This document shows positions 43,821 through 54,117 of a DNA stretch of 54,117 nucleotides, one piece after another. Position 1 is the first letter of the stretch, and each line of letters opens with the position of its first letter. Both the position numbers and the translations under genes were made by a program. The stretch lies in sequence record SRR31156797_3317; one strand, given 5' to 3'. A model generated the notes under the pieces. That model worked only from the letters and a program-made list of their open reading frames with translations, was not told the origin of the DNA and ran no database searches.

Positions 43821-46625
43821 TTAATAAAAACCGGCATTATCTCGCGCACTACTTCTCTTATCGTATTTAAGATCTTGAAGAATAGAAGAGTTTACCCTGA
43901 TTGAAAAATAGTATGACTTATATCTTCCTACTGGAACAAGATTAAAACTCATACCCCAACAGTGAAGATCTCTTGAGATTCTTAAATTGGTGTGAGATAG
44001 TTGCTTGGTGTCAAAATTATATCCTGAGGAAAAAGAAAACTTCCATTTAGGCGTTAAAGAAAAATCTCCATTTAAGTTGACATTTGAAGTTACTTTCTTT
44101 TTGTATGCCATAGTTTGCTTATCAAAATCACTGTTTACTAATCTAAAACTATAACTTAAAGAAAGATTCCAGGGAAACTCAAACTTAGTATAACCATCTT
44201 CATCAATCTTTGAATTTGCTTTATCTGTACCTCTAGTATTTGCAAATTCGTCTTCCATGCTATCCATTCTTTCTAACGGATTTGTGTACTCATCTTCAGG
44301 TTGTCCCTCTTCTAAATCTTCACCTTCCGTTTCTTCTCCTCTTCGTTTTTGAATCCATTTCTTTATTTTCTCAGAACCAATGGAAATACCAAAATTTAAA
44401 TTGGCAGATTCCATTCTAGCCAACTTTCCTGTTTTTTTATAATGAGAAGTATTAATTCTGATAGGATTACCTGTTCTTGTGGTATCAATAGCATATGGAT
44501 CAAAGGTGGCACCAAAACTAATGCTAGTTCCTAATATCTTAGTACGACCACTCATATTAATACGTGACCATTTTAATGAGTCGGCCATAAAATTATGAGA
44601 AGTTGAAAAATTTAGTCCTTCTATAATTTTTATCTTCTTAACTCCCGAAGTATCGCGGTCACTTTTAACCTTCATTTCAAGGGTGTTTCCAATAGATAAG
44701 CCTAAAGAACCAGACTTTCCTGAACCCGGACTGCCATATAAAGCACCTTCGTATTTAGAGTACTCATATCTTATAATAGAGTCTTGGTTTGGATTGTAAT
44801 ATTCAAACCAGTCATAGTAGCCAAATTTTTCATCAGAAAAATCAGGTCTGTAGGAGAGACTAGCAGAAGGCGTCATAACATGCCTTATTTTTTGCACTTT
44901 ATCTCCGAACATCTTCCAGGGCGTGTATTCTGTGTAAAATTTAGTAGATGTACTTACCGAATAACTATAATCATATACTCGATTAAAACCGGATGTTGTA
45001 TCTGCTGTAACTATCTTACCTTGATCTTCATCCCATTCTTTAGATATGGATTTAGTGTACCATCGCTCCGTATAGTTAAATGAAGGCGTTAAAGTAAAAT
45101 ACTTAAGCAATTTCATATTCATCGAAACCGGAATGCTATGTTTCATACCGTTTTGCCATTCGCTAGGGAACTTTTTATTTCCAATTTCATATTCCTTGGC
45201 GCTGATAGAGTTTTTTGTATTTCCTGTATATGAAAAGCTGATTTTCTCATACCAGGATTCTTTACTTCCGATTTTGTTTTTTCTTTTAAAAGGAAAAACA
45301 CGATTCATTGTCATTGTTAAATCCGGTAAAGTAAAACTAACTGTTGTATCTCTCGTGTTTTGCGACGCTAAAAGGTTGGCCGAAAAGTTAAACGGAGAAT
45401 CAGGAAAACGTCTACTGTATGATACACTAGATCTTTTAGTATTTGTGGCCAATCTATTGGGATCAATCAAACTACCAACGTTATTTTGATCATATGAACT
45501 ACTGGAATAATTTACACTCGCAGAAAAAGTTTGAAGAGGATTGGCTTTAGTATCTTGTCTATGTGACCATGTTAGCGAAAAATCTTTTGTCTTTCTGTAG
45601 TCCGGTAAATCACTTTCACTCGTTACATTTACAATATAGTTGACATTTAAATTTCCACTAAAACCATAACGTTTTTTATATTTCGAGGTTCCTCTTAATC
45701 CCCACGATTTATTGGCATATAAATCACCTGTAACAGCCAAATCAAAATAATCACTAGCCGCCCAGTAATAACCTCCATCTCTTAAAAATATACCTCTATT
45801 TTGTTCTTCTCCGTATGATGGCATTATAATACCGGAACTGTAACTAGAAGTTGATGGAACAAATCCAAAAGGTATTCCAATTGGATAAATGGGAATATCT
45901 TCAATAACCAAATATGCCGGACCTGTAATGGTTTTTTTATTGGGAATAACCTTAGCCTTGGTCATATTAAGGTAAAAGTGAGGATGTTCATGGTTATCAC
46001 ATGTGCTATAATGACCATTTTTAATAGAAAAAGAATCGTCTGGAGCCTTTTTAGCAAGGCTGCTTACCACATATCCTTCTCCCTGTTCAGTAACTACATG
46101 TTCAATTAAGGCTTTTTTACTTTTAAAGTTGTACTTAATGGTCTTCATTTCGTATGAACCTTTTCTGTCAGAAAAAACGGGAAGGCCAGAAACAACACCT
46201 GTTGTGTCTTCTACACCATATGCATAAGTCAAACTACTATCTAAATCCAATTCAATACAGGCTGCAGTTAAGGTAATATCTAAATATTTAACCTCAGCAT
46301 CCCCGTATAAATAGACTTTATTGGAACCTCTCATCACAATAGAATCGGAAGCAGTATAAGTTACTTCAGCTTCAATTCCTAAACCGTCAGATTTTTTTTT
46401 AGGTGATACACCTAAGGTATCAGCTTGTGCAATTGTAGTATCTAAAGGAAAATTAGAAAGGGTAGTATCCTCTAAATTATATAGCCTTAAATATTTTTCC
46501 CAATTATTACCAAGTACAATATTACTTATACTTTGCAGTAATATATATATAAGAATTAAAGTGCTTATGTGGGTGAACCTCCTTTTTATAAGGTGGTTAT
46601 GTATGTATTGTTTATTGGAAATCAA
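43821..46625 (-). CDS. lptD: Putative LPS-assembly outer membrane protein LptD (Bacteroidota type); exact start uncertain
   Basis: OstA-like N-terminal region (YTASDSI, LYGDAEVKY), YSTCD...HPHF, beta-barrel ending RDLHCWGMSF...LQDLKY; divergent from the amidase. Confidence 0.85.
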   Translation of the reverse strand: MISNKQYIHNHLIKRRFTHISTLILIYILLQSISNIVLGNNWEKYLRLYNLEDTTLSNFPLDTTIAQADTLGVSPKKKSDGLGIEAEVTYTASDSIVMRGSNKVYLYGDAEVKYLDITLTAACIELDLDSSLTYAYGVEDTTGVVSGLPVFSDRKGSYEMKTIKYNFKSKKALIEHVVTEQGEGYVVSSLAKKAPDDSFSIKNGHYSTCDNHEHPHFYLNMTKAKVIPNKKTITGPAYLVIEDIPIYPIGIPFGFVPSTSSYSSGIIMPSYGEEQNRGIFLRDGGYYWAASDYFDLAVTGDLYANKSWGLRGTSKYKKRYGFSGNLNVNYIVNVTSESDLPDYRKTKDFSLTWSHRQDTKANPLQTFSASVNYSSSSYDQNNVGSLIDPNRLATNTKRSSVSYSRRFPDSPFNFSANLLASQNTRDTTVSFTLPDLTMTMNRVFPFKRKNKIGSKESWYEKISFSYTGNTKNSISAKEYEIGNKKFPSEWQNGMKHSIPVSMNMKLLKYFTLTPSFNYTERWYTKSISKEWDEDQGKIVTADTTSGFNRVYDYSYSVSTSTKFYTEYTPWKMFGDKVQKIRHVMTPSASLSYRPDFSDEKFGYYDWFEYYNPNQDSIIRYEYSKYEGALYGSPGSGKSGSLGLSIGNTLEMKVKSDRDTSGVKKIKIIEGLNFSTSHNFMADSLKWSRINMSGRTKILGTSISFGATFDPYAIDTTRTGNPIRINTSHYKKTGKLARMESANLNFGISIGSEKIKKWIQKRRGEETEGEDLEEGQPEDEYTNPLERMDSMEDEFANTRGTDKANSKIDEDGYTKFEFPWNLSLSYSFRLVNSDFDKQTMAYKKKVTSNVNLNGDFSLTPKWKFSFSSGYNFDTKQLSHTNLRISRDLHCWGMSFNLVPVGRYKSYYFSIRVNSSILQDLKYDKRSSARDNAGFY

Positions 46626-46918
46626 TGAACTCGTTATTAAATTTCAAATTGGCACAAAAATAAATAAAAAAAGATGACAGCATGGGTTTATGTCAATTAA
46701 AATAAGCATTGTCTTTTACGTCATTATTCACCACCTAATAGACAATTATTTACAGATGCGGATAAAACAAAAACAATACCATGTTTTTACTAATATCCGT
46801 AGGTATATAGATTTTATAAACGATTATATCGTATTATTTTTGAATTAAAACTATTTTTGTTGCTATCAATTTGTGAGGTACGATATTTGCCTTATTGAGA
46901 AAGTTAAAGTAAGGATTT

Positions 46919-48016
46919 ATGAAGTTGATAAATATATTTGTTTCAATTTTAGTTTTTAGCTTAAGTGTTTTTTTGAGTAATCATCTTGATGCCCAATCAA
47001 CAGGAAGACTAAAAAGAATAGTTATTGATGCAGGTCACGGAGGTAAAGATCCTGGTGCTCATGGAAAATATGCAAAGGAAAAAGATGTTGTTCTGGCTGT
47101 TGCTTTAAAATTGGGAAATTACATCGAAAAGTATTTGCCTGATGTTGAAGTGATTTACACCAGAAAAAAAGATGTTTTTGTTCCATTAAATAAAAGAGCA
47201 GAAATTGCCAATAAATCAGATGCTAACTTATTTATTTCTATTCATGCCAATTATATCTCTAATCCGAAGATAGTCGGAACAGAAACATTTGCTTTAGGTT
47301 TGCACAGAACTCAGGATAACTTAGAAGTTGCAAAAAAAGAGAATTCGGTTATTGTTTTAGAGGAAGATTATTCTACAACTTATGAAGATTTCGACCCCAA
47401 TTTGGCTGAATCCTATATTATTTTCGAACTTTACCAGAATATCTATTTAGACCAAAGTCTAGATATGGCTAAAATGGTACAAGATCAGTTTGGCCAAAGA
47501 GTTGGACGAAGAAATAGAGGGGTAAAACAAGCTGGATTTTTGGTTTTGAGGGAGATTGCAATGCCAGGTGTTTTGGTAGAACTTGGTTTTTTAAGTAATT
47601 CCCATGAAGAAAAATATTTGACATCTAATGATGGGCAGGCCTTGTTAGCTTCCGGTATTTTTAGAGCTTTTAGAGATTATAAAACAAAGTTTGAATCTAA
47701 AAACAATATGGATCTTGTTCAGATCAATACCGAAAAGGAAAAACAGGAAGCTTCAGATATAATTTATCGAATACAAATAGCTACCAGTAAAAAACAAATA
47801 AAACAAGGTTCATCTCTTTATAAAAAGTTTTCTGATGTGTTTGAGTATGAGGATGGGAAAGTGTTTAAATATGCTGTAGGAAAATCAGAAAGCTTTGATG
47901 ATATAAATAAACAAATAGAATCTGTACGTAAAAAAGTAAAAGACTGTTTTGTAATTGCTTTTAAAGATGGAAAGCGAATTTCAATAAAAGAAGCAAAAAA
48001 ACTAACGGAAGAATAA
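46919..48016 (+). CDS. N-acetylmuramoyl-L-alanine amidase (Amidase_3) with a C-terminal SPOR-like region
   Basis: IDAGHGGKDPG, EKDVVL, FISIHAN and VLVELGFLSN; C-terminal YRIQI...FVIAFKDGKRI. Confidence 0.95.
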   Translation: MKLINIFVSILVFSLSVFLSNHLDAQSTGRLKRIVIDAGHGGKDPGAHGKYAKEKDVVLAVALKLGNYIEKYLPDVEVIYTRKKDVFVPLNKRAEIANKSDANLFISIHANYISNPKIVGTETFALGLHRTQDNLEVAKKENSVIVLEEDYSTTYEDFDPNLAESYIIFELYQNIYLDQSLDMAKMVQDQFGQRVGRRNRGVKQAGFLVLREIAMPGVLVELGFLSNSHEEKYLTSNDGQALLASGIFRAFRDYKTKFESKNNMDLVQINTEKEKQEASDIIYRIQIATSKKQIKQGSSLYKKFSDVFEYEDGKVFKYAVGKSESFDDINKQIESVRKKVKDCFVIAFKDGKRISIKEAKKLTEE

Positions 48017-48056
48017 TTTCAGTGGTAAAAAACAACGACTTTTTAAAACAATTACC

Positions 48057-49052
48057 ATGAATGAATTTATTCCAAATATCGATCAAGATTCCGGTATACC
48101 AAAGTTTTTGCAATTGGTTCAGGAGTTTGAGGATGGTGTTAAAAGCGGAACTTTAAAAGTAGGTGACATGTTGCCTTCTGTGAATGAATTGTGTAAAAAA
48201 TGCGATTTATCAAGAGATACAGTATTCAAAGCCTATACAGAACTAAAGAGCAGAAAATTAATTGAATCTGTACCTAATAAAGGGTATTATGTGGCAAGTA
48301 ATACGCAAAACGTTTTCTTATTTTTAGATACCTTCAAAGCTTATAAAGAGGTTTTATATGGCGCATTTAGAGAGGCATTGCCAAGCTCTTATAATGTAGA
48401 TGTGCATTTTCATCACTACAATCCAATATTGTTTAATGATATAGTGGTTAATGCGATAGGAAAGTATAGTCATTATATTATTATGAACTTCGATCATAAG
48501 TTGGTTAAGGAATCAATTTCTAAGATTGATCCACAAAAATTGCTTTGTATAGACTGGAATGTGAATGTGCCTAAAAAAAGTTCTTTTATTGGACAGGATT
48601 TTGGACAACCAGTCTATGACGCCTTGTTGGAAATTAAAGACAAACTAAATAAGTATAAACAAATTATATTTATATATCCTGAGTTTACAAATCACCCTAC
48701 AGAAACAATTGATTCATTTGAACAGTTTTGTAAGGATTTAAATTTAAATTATGATATAATTTATAATTCTCAGAAGATAAATTTGACAAAAGGAGAATTA
48801 TATATTACCGTAAGTGATAGAATTTTAGCTCGTTTACTGGATGTGATTCATGAAAATGAGCTAAAGTTAGGTGAAGATATTGGTATAATATCTTACAATG
48901 AAACCCCCACTAAAAAATATATAAAGGATGGAATTACTGTTATTTCTACCGATTTTAATGAGATTGGAAGAAATATGGCTCAGTTTATCACCGAAAATAC
49001 ATACATTAAAAAGTTTGTTCCAACCAAACTTGTTTTACGAAAATCGATTTAA
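48057..49052 (+). CDS. GntR-family regulator with a periplasmic-binding-protein-like (LacI-type) effector domain
   Basis: GDMLPSVNEL...SRDTVFKAYTEL...GYYV; GEDIGIISYNETP and STDFNEIG. Confidence 0.9.
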   Translation: MNEFIPNIDQDSGIPKFLQLVQEFEDGVKSGTLKVGDMLPSVNELCKKCDLSRDTVFKAYTELKSRKLIESVPNKGYYVASNTQNVFLFLDTFKAYKEVLYGAFREALPSSYNVDVHFHHYNPILFNDIVVNAIGKYSHYIIMNFDHKLVKESISKIDPQKLLCIDWNVNVPKKSSFIGQDFGQPVYDALLEIKDKLNKYKQIIFIYPEFTNHPTETIDSFEQFCKDLNLNYDIIYNSQKINLTKGELYITVSDRILARLLDVIHENELKLGEDIGIISYNETPTKKYIKDGITVISTDFNEIGRNMAQFITENTYIKKFVPTKLVLRKSI

Positions 49053-49345
49053 TTTAATAATGAAATTTTGTAGGCTCTTTTGTGATCTATTGTATATAAA
49101 GTAATTGTTATTAGTTGTTTATTGACTTGGTTCTATCAAAAAAATAATGCAACCTTACATATTAAAGGCTTTCAAACTCAGTAATAGTGCAGATATTCGT
49201 TGACTTTTGTTTTTTTAATTGATTAATTTACAAATTAAACAAAAGCGTATATTTTGAGTTAGTTATAATCAACTTTAAATATTTGACCGGAATATTCTAT
49301 ATGTTCCATTATCCTATTTTAATAGAAACCTAAATAAACTCATTC

Positions 49346-50161
49346 ATGGAAGAAATTGTAAAATTGATTAGTGAATCCAAGCAATTTATTATTGCATATG
49401 GAGGTCAGTTAGTATTGGCAATCCTAACCTTAATTGTTGGTTTTTGGATTATTAGCCGAATTACCAAAGCATTAAAATCTGCTTTTTTGAAAAAAAGTGT
49501 TGATCCAACTTTACAACCGTTTTTAGTTGGTATATTGGGTTATACACTAAAGATAATGCTGGTAATAAGTGTCATGACCATGGTTGGTATTCAAATGACA
49601 TCATTTATTGCTGTTTTAGGTGCTGCAGGTTTGGCTGTAGGTATGGCGTTATCGGGCACTTTGCAGAATTTTGCAGGAGGTGTAATGTTACTGGTTTTAA
49701 AACCCTTTAAAAAAGGAGATTTTATTGAGGCACAGGGATATAAAGGAACTGTTTATGAAATTCAGATATTTAGCACCGTATTGAAAACGCCGGATAATCG
49801 TGTGATTTATATTCCTAATGGCGGACTTTCTACATCAAGTTTAATTAATTATTCAAAAGAGGAAAATAGACGTGTAGATTTCTCCTTTGGGATTGGTTAT
49901 GGCGATGATATTGATAAAGCAAAAAGTATAATTCTTCAGGTAATTGAAAGTAGTGGAAAAGCATTGCCGGAACCTGCTCCTTTTGTTGCCGTTGGAGAAT
50001 TGGCAGATAGTTCTGTGAATATAACTACCCGGGTTTGGGCAAAAGCTTCTGATTATTGGGATCTTTTCTTCTATATGAACGAAACAGTTAAGAAAGAATT
50101 TGACAAACAAGGTGTATCGATACCTTTCCCACAAACAGATGTCCATTTGTATAAACAATAA
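49346..50161 (+). CDS. mscS: Small-conductance mechanosensitive channel
   Basis: LGAAGLAVGMALSGTLQNFAGG, PFKKGDFI, IPNG and IPFPQ. Confidence 0.93.
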   Translation: MEEIVKLISESKQFIIAYGGQLVLAILTLIVGFWIISRITKALKSAFLKKSVDPTLQPFLVGILGYTLKIMLVISVMTMVGIQMTSFIAVLGAAGLAVGMALSGTLQNFAGGVMLLVLKPFKKGDFIEAQGYKGTVYEIQIFSTVLKTPDNRVIYIPNGGLSTSSLINYSKEENRRVDFSFGIGYGDDIDKAKSIILQVIESSGKALPEPAPFVAVGELADSSVNITTRVWAKASDYWDLFFYMNETVKKEFDKQGVSIPFPQTDVHLYKQ

Positions 50162-50181
50162 TTTATAATAAACACTTTACA

Positions 50182-51063
50182 ATGAGAAAAATTGCACTTA
50201 TAGCAGTATTATGCTTAAGCACTATTACCGTTTTTTCGCAAGAAAAAAATGATTCAATTAAAAACTGGAAAGCAGGAGGGAAGGCTTCCTTCAATTTTTC
50301 ACAAGTATCTTTAACCAATTGGTCTGGAGGTGGAAATAATTCCATTGCAGGAACCTTTTTATTTAAAGGATTTGTTAATCATAAAAAAGAAAAATTAGCT
50401 TGGGATAATACACTTGATTTGGGTTATGGATTAACTAAACAGGGAGATTATGATTTAGCTAAGTCTGAAGACAGGATTCAACTAACAACAAAATTGGGCT
50501 ATGAAGCTGGTAAGCACTGGTTTTATTCTGCTATGGTTGACTTAAAAACACAGTTTTCTATTGGTTATAAAGATCCGCTTGTACAAAGTGTGAAAATATC
50601 TGACTTTATGGCTCCGGGTTATTTACTTTATTCTTTGGGTATGGATTATAAGCCTTCTGATAATTTTTCACTTTACATTTCGCCGGTTACATCAAAAGTA
50701 ACGATTGTAGCTAATGATTCATTGGCGAACGTGGGTGCATTTGGTGTTGAACCGGGTAAGAGTATCAGACAAGAATATGGTGCTTCGGCAAAACTGCTTG
50801 CTAAAAAGAAAGATGTAGTTAAGAACGTAAATGTATATACCAGACTGGATTTGTTTTCAAGCTACACAAAAAATCCTCAAAATATTGATGTAGACTGGGA
50901 GTTTGGTTTTGAGATGAAAGTCAATGAGTATATCAATGCATTATTTACTATGAATATGTTATATGATGATGATATTGATTATGTGAATGATGAAGGTGTT
51001 GCTAATGGACCGAAAGTACAGGTTAAGCAATTGTTTGGAGCCGGACTAACTTATTCTTTTTAA
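50182..51063 (+). CDS. DUF3078-family outer membrane beta-barrel protein
   Basis: Signal peptide; FSQVSLTNWSGGG and WDNTLDLGYG; terminal beta-signal GLTYSF. Confidence 0.85.
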   Translation: MRKIALIAVLCLSTITVFSQEKNDSIKNWKAGGKASFNFSQVSLTNWSGGGNNSIAGTFLFKGFVNHKKEKLAWDNTLDLGYGLTKQGDYDLAKSEDRIQLTTKLGYEAGKHWFYSAMVDLKTQFSIGYKDPLVQSVKISDFMAPGYLLYSLGMDYKPSDNFSLYISPVTSKVTIVANDSLANVGAFGVEPGKSIRQEYGASAKLLAKKKDVVKNVNVYTRLDLFSSYTKNPQNIDVDWEFGFEMKVNEYINALFTMNMLYDDDIDYVNDEGVANGPKVQVKQLFGAGLTYSF

Positions 51064-51083
51064 AAAACAACAATATTTTCTTT

Positions 51084-51115
51084 AAAACCCGGTTATTTAT
51101 TAATCGGGTTTTTTT
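51084..51115 (+). terminator. Intrinsic terminator
   Basis: AAAACCCGGTTA...TAATCGGGTTTT followed by a T tract. Confidence 0.85.
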
Positions 51116-51173
51116 ATATTATAACAAAAGTAAATAGGTAGATGTAAGTCTGCATTAAATTATAAGCGCAAAC

Positions 51174-52004
51174 ATGAAGTATATATGGCTGCTCATTATT
51201 GGGATGAGTGTGGGGACAAATTTGATTTGTGGTCAATCATTAAAAAGTGATTCTTCGGTTTATAAAATAAATAGGAAGTTGGAGATTCCATCAACCGTAG
51301 GATTGTTTGTTGGGAGTTATTTTGGTTTTGGACATTTAACAAGTAAAGACGGACTCAAAGAAGAAGAGGTATTAGCGTTAAATACGAAAAACATATGGGC
51401 TTTTGACAGAGTCGCAGCTGAACAAGATCCAATAAATCGCCTTAAATTTCATGATATTTCAGATTGGGGACTAAATGTTACGTTGGGCCTTCCTGTTTTA
51501 CTAGGTTTAGATAAGAAAATTAGGAAAGATTGGTTTGATTTAATGATTCTCTATTTTGAAACACATGGGATTAATAATATAGTATACGTAGGTAATGCTT
51601 CTGTATTTAATCGAGCCAGACCACTTGTTTATAGCAACCAAATACCTTTGAGCGAAAGAACAGCGGGAGGTACCCAAAATTCTTTTTTTAGTGGGCATAC
51701 TTCAACCACTGCAAGCGCATCATTCTTTATGGCCAAAGTTTATAGTGATTATCACCCTGAGTTAGGTGCTAAAAAATACTGGTTGTTTACAGCGGCTTTA
51801 ATTCCTCCTTCTATCGTTGGATATTACAGAGTAAAAGCGATGAAACATTTTCCAACAGATGTAATTACAGGAACTGTTGTGGGGGCTGCTATGGGTATTT
51901 TAATTCCACATTTACATAAAACAAGAGATAGCAAAGCTAAATTACAGGTGCAACCATACACAGGTCATTATACTGGTTTTACATTGAAATATAGTTTCGA
52001 TTAG
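51174..52004 (+). CDS. PAP2-family phosphatase
   Basis: C1 (RARP), C2 (SFFSGHTS) and C3 (YRVKAMKHFPTDV) motifs. Confidence 0.9.
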   Translation: MKYIWLLIIGMSVGTNLICGQSLKSDSSVYKINRKLEIPSTVGLFVGSYFGFGHLTSKDGLKEEEVLALNTKNIWAFDRVAAEQDPINRLKFHDISDWGLNVTLGLPVLLGLDKKIRKDWFDLMILYFETHGINNIVYVGNASVFNRARPLVYSNQIPLSERTAGGTQNSFFSGHTSTTASASFFMAKVYSDYHPELGAKKYWLFTAALIPPSIVGYYRVKAMKHFPTDVITGTVVGAAMGILIPHLHKTRDSKAKLQVQPYTGHYTGFTLKYSFD

Positions 52005-52006
52005 TG

Positions 52007-52894
52007 TTATAAAATAAAGAACATTAAAACTCCAACAAAGGCAACAAATGCACCAAGTATTTCTTTAGGTTTAATTTTTTCTTTAAAAAATAGGATAGAT
52101 GGAATAATAATTAGAACAGGAACAATAGCCATTATTGTTGATGCAATTCCTGTTGTTGTATACTGAATAGCAAGTAATGACAATGAAACACCAAGAAACG
52201 GTCCGAATACAGAGCCTATGCTAATACCAACCAAGGCAGGTTTATTTAGAAAGGCATCATAAATTACTTTCCATTTATTTAAGAATGCAAATAATAAAAG
52301 AAAACCAATAATGCCGGCTATAATTCTAATTTGAGTAGATAAGAATGGATCATAGTCTTTCATGCCCAATTTTGAGAAAACAAGTCCTAGTGCTTGTCCT
52401 ATTGCACCTCCAAAAGCCAACAAAACCCCCTTTACAGGATACTTAATTTTTACTTTTCGCTGCTTGTTTTCTTTCGCTAAAATAACTATTGAGATTCCAA
52501 ATATGGTAATGGTCATTCCAATGAGATTAAAAACAGTTACTTTCTCATCAAGTATCACCCAGCCAAAAAATGCAGCAATTGGTGGAGTCAAAGCCATAAT
52601 TAGCATAGATACTCGAGCTCCAATAATTACAAAAGCTTTAAAAAGTAATAGATCTCCAATTACAAAACCAATTATCCCACTTATGGCTAACCATCCCCAT
52701 GTTTCCAAAGTAGCATCAGAAGCTACAAAAAGACCTTTTCTTAAATAAGAAAAGACACCTAATATGATAAAAGCAAAAACTAAACGAATCAGATTTACAG
52801 CTAAAGAACCCACCTTTTTTCCAGCAGATTCAAATGCTATAGAAGTAACAGTCCAACAAACAGCAGTGGCTAAGGCCGCAAGTTCTCCTATCAT
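52007..52894 (-). CDS. DMT/EamA-family transporter
   Basis: Ten TM helices in two repeats; SGIIGFVIGD; ILFFKEKI. Confidence 0.92.
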   Translation of the reverse strand: MIGELAALATAVCWTVTSIAFESAGKKVGSLAVNLIRLVFAFIILGVFSYLRKGLFVASDATLETWGWLAISGIIGFVIGDLLLFKAFVIIGARVSMLIMALTPPIAAFFGWVILDEKVTVFNLIGMTITIFGISIVILAKENKQRKVKIKYPVKGVLLAFGGAIGQALGLVFSKLGMKDYDPFLSTQIRIIAGIIGFLLLFAFLNKWKVIYDAFLNKPALVGISIGSVFGPFLGVSLSLLAIQYTTTGIASTIMAIVPVLIIIPSILFFKEKIKPKEILGAFVAFVGVLMFFIL

Positions 52895-52902
52895 ATCAGC
52901 AA

Positions 52903-53991
52903 TTAAAATGGATGTTTGGTCTTAAGCATTTTATTCTTTTTACGCTTAATAAAATAGGCAGGGAGATATGATAATAAAATACCAGCTCCTAAATTTATAG
53001 CGCTTAATTTAAGTGAACCCAAATTACGCATTGAAAACGAAAAAATAACGAATGCAATATTAATAGCTCCAATAATAAGAGATGTTTGAAAGTGCGTAAA
53101 TCCAAGAGTAAGCATTCTATGATGAATATGGTTCTTATCTGCCGTAAAAGGAGATCGCCCTTTTGAAATTCTATAAATAAAAACTCTTAAAGTATCTATA
53201 ATAGGAACAATTAAAATACCTAAAGCTACCCCAGGAGCAGAATTCATAGAAAATTTAAGATTACCTGATTTGTTAAACTCGGCAAATTTAATAGCTACAA
53301 CAGCCAATAGAAATCCAAGAAGTAAAGAACCTGTATCTCCCATAAATATTTTCTGTTGCTTGGAAAAAACATTAAAATAGAAGAAAGCCAATAAGGCTCC
53401 AATTAAAGCAGCTGAAAATACAGGAATATGATAGTTACCATTAATGTAAAACCAAATGGAGAAAGAAGTAATGGCAACCATGCCTGTTATCGATGCAAGA
53501 CCATCAATTCCATCAATAAGGTTAAATCCATTTAGAATAAATACGAACAGTAACAACGTTACTGTAACACTAGTTAGATAGTTTGGTTCCAGGCCAAAAA
53601 AACCATGAAAAGATGTAATTCTTAAATCTCCCCAACCAACTATGATAAATGCTGCCAATATTTGTCCAAACAGCTTAACCATCGGGGCGGTAATCATAAT
53701 ATCGTCTTTAATTCCAATAGAGAATATAATAAGTAGAGCAGGAATTAAAAAAGGTATCTGAGTAAAACTAAACCAATCAGAAAATAGGGCATATGTAAAT
53801 AAAAAGCTAAGAAAGATAGCTAACCCTCCCAATGTTGGTATTTTAGTTTTATGAACTGTTCTTTTATTAGGAACATCATAAAGGTTTTTAGATTCAGCCA
53901 CTCTTAAAATGGTTGGAATAGAGAAAAATACCAATGAAAATGATAATACACCTGCAAATGGTATTAGGAGCTTAATTAAATAATCTTGCAT
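52903..53991 (-). CDS. MraY/WecA-family undecaprenyl-phosphate GlcNAc-1-phosphate transferase
   Basis: PTLGGLAI, GIKDD, NGFNLIDGIDGLA, IFMGDTGS and DKNHIHHRM. Confidence 0.93.
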   Translation of the reverse strand: MQDYLIKLLIPFAGVLSFSLVFFSIPTILRVAESKNLYDVPNKRTVHKTKIPTLGGLAIFLSFLFTYALFSDWFSFTQIPFLIPALLIIFSIGIKDDIMITAPMVKLFGQILAAFIIVGWGDLRITSFHGFFGLEPNYLTSVTVTLLLFVFILNGFNLIDGIDGLASITGMVAITSFSIWFYINGNYHIPVFSAALIGALLAFFYFNVFSKQQKIFMGDTGSLLLGFLLAVVAIKFAEFNKSGNLKFSMNSAPGVALGILIVPIIDTLRVFIYRISKGRSPFTADKNHIHHRMLTLGFTHFQTSLIIGAINIAFVIFSFSMRNLGSLKLSAINLGAGILLSYLPAYFIKRKKNKMLKTKHPF

Positions 53992-54117
53992 AATTTAATT
54001 TAATGGAGCGTAAAAGTATAAAAAAATATCCAATGACATAGTGTTCCAGAAGGGGTTTTGTTTTAGAATCGAATGTTGAATTATTCGAAAACACTAGCCT
54101 CCGAAAGTTTTAGAGAA

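Noticed and set aside
54030-54117. Possible 3' end of a minus-strand gene or a weak hairpin at the window edge
   Set aside because: Too short to support any call.

Overview
AT-rich bacterial chromosome segment with Bacteroidota character: TAnnTTTG -7 promoter boxes, a DUF3078 gene and the lptD/amidase arrangement. An MCP plus YfiR-type signalling parts suggest a marine Marinilabiliales-like organism (inference). About 40 CDS; no rRNA, tRNA, CRISPR array, integrase or transposase was recognised. Housekeeping genes (pfp 3' end, rsmE, ppk1, lptD, ridA, amidase, mscS, wecA-like) flank three notable parts. (1) A ~210-bp array at 24849-25061 has five AGCGG cores at exact 21-bp spacing followed by five inverted CCGC(T/A) cores at 21/20/21/21 bp. 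It lies just upstream of an unannotated 231-aa helical protein, which is followed by a predicted structured RNA. (2) A 16-kb export operon (7115-23045) combines TolC, MFP and two RND permeases with a full ABC-2 transporter; one ATPase is fused to the second RND and is split by a membrane insertion. An ECF sigma/anti-sigma/Spy-like cluster with a duplicated ECF promoter precedes it. (3) A GAF protein with cyclase-like motifs, ppk1 and an HD plus Pycsar-effector-like membrane protein lie together. All calls come from reading motifs by eye; no database searches were run.
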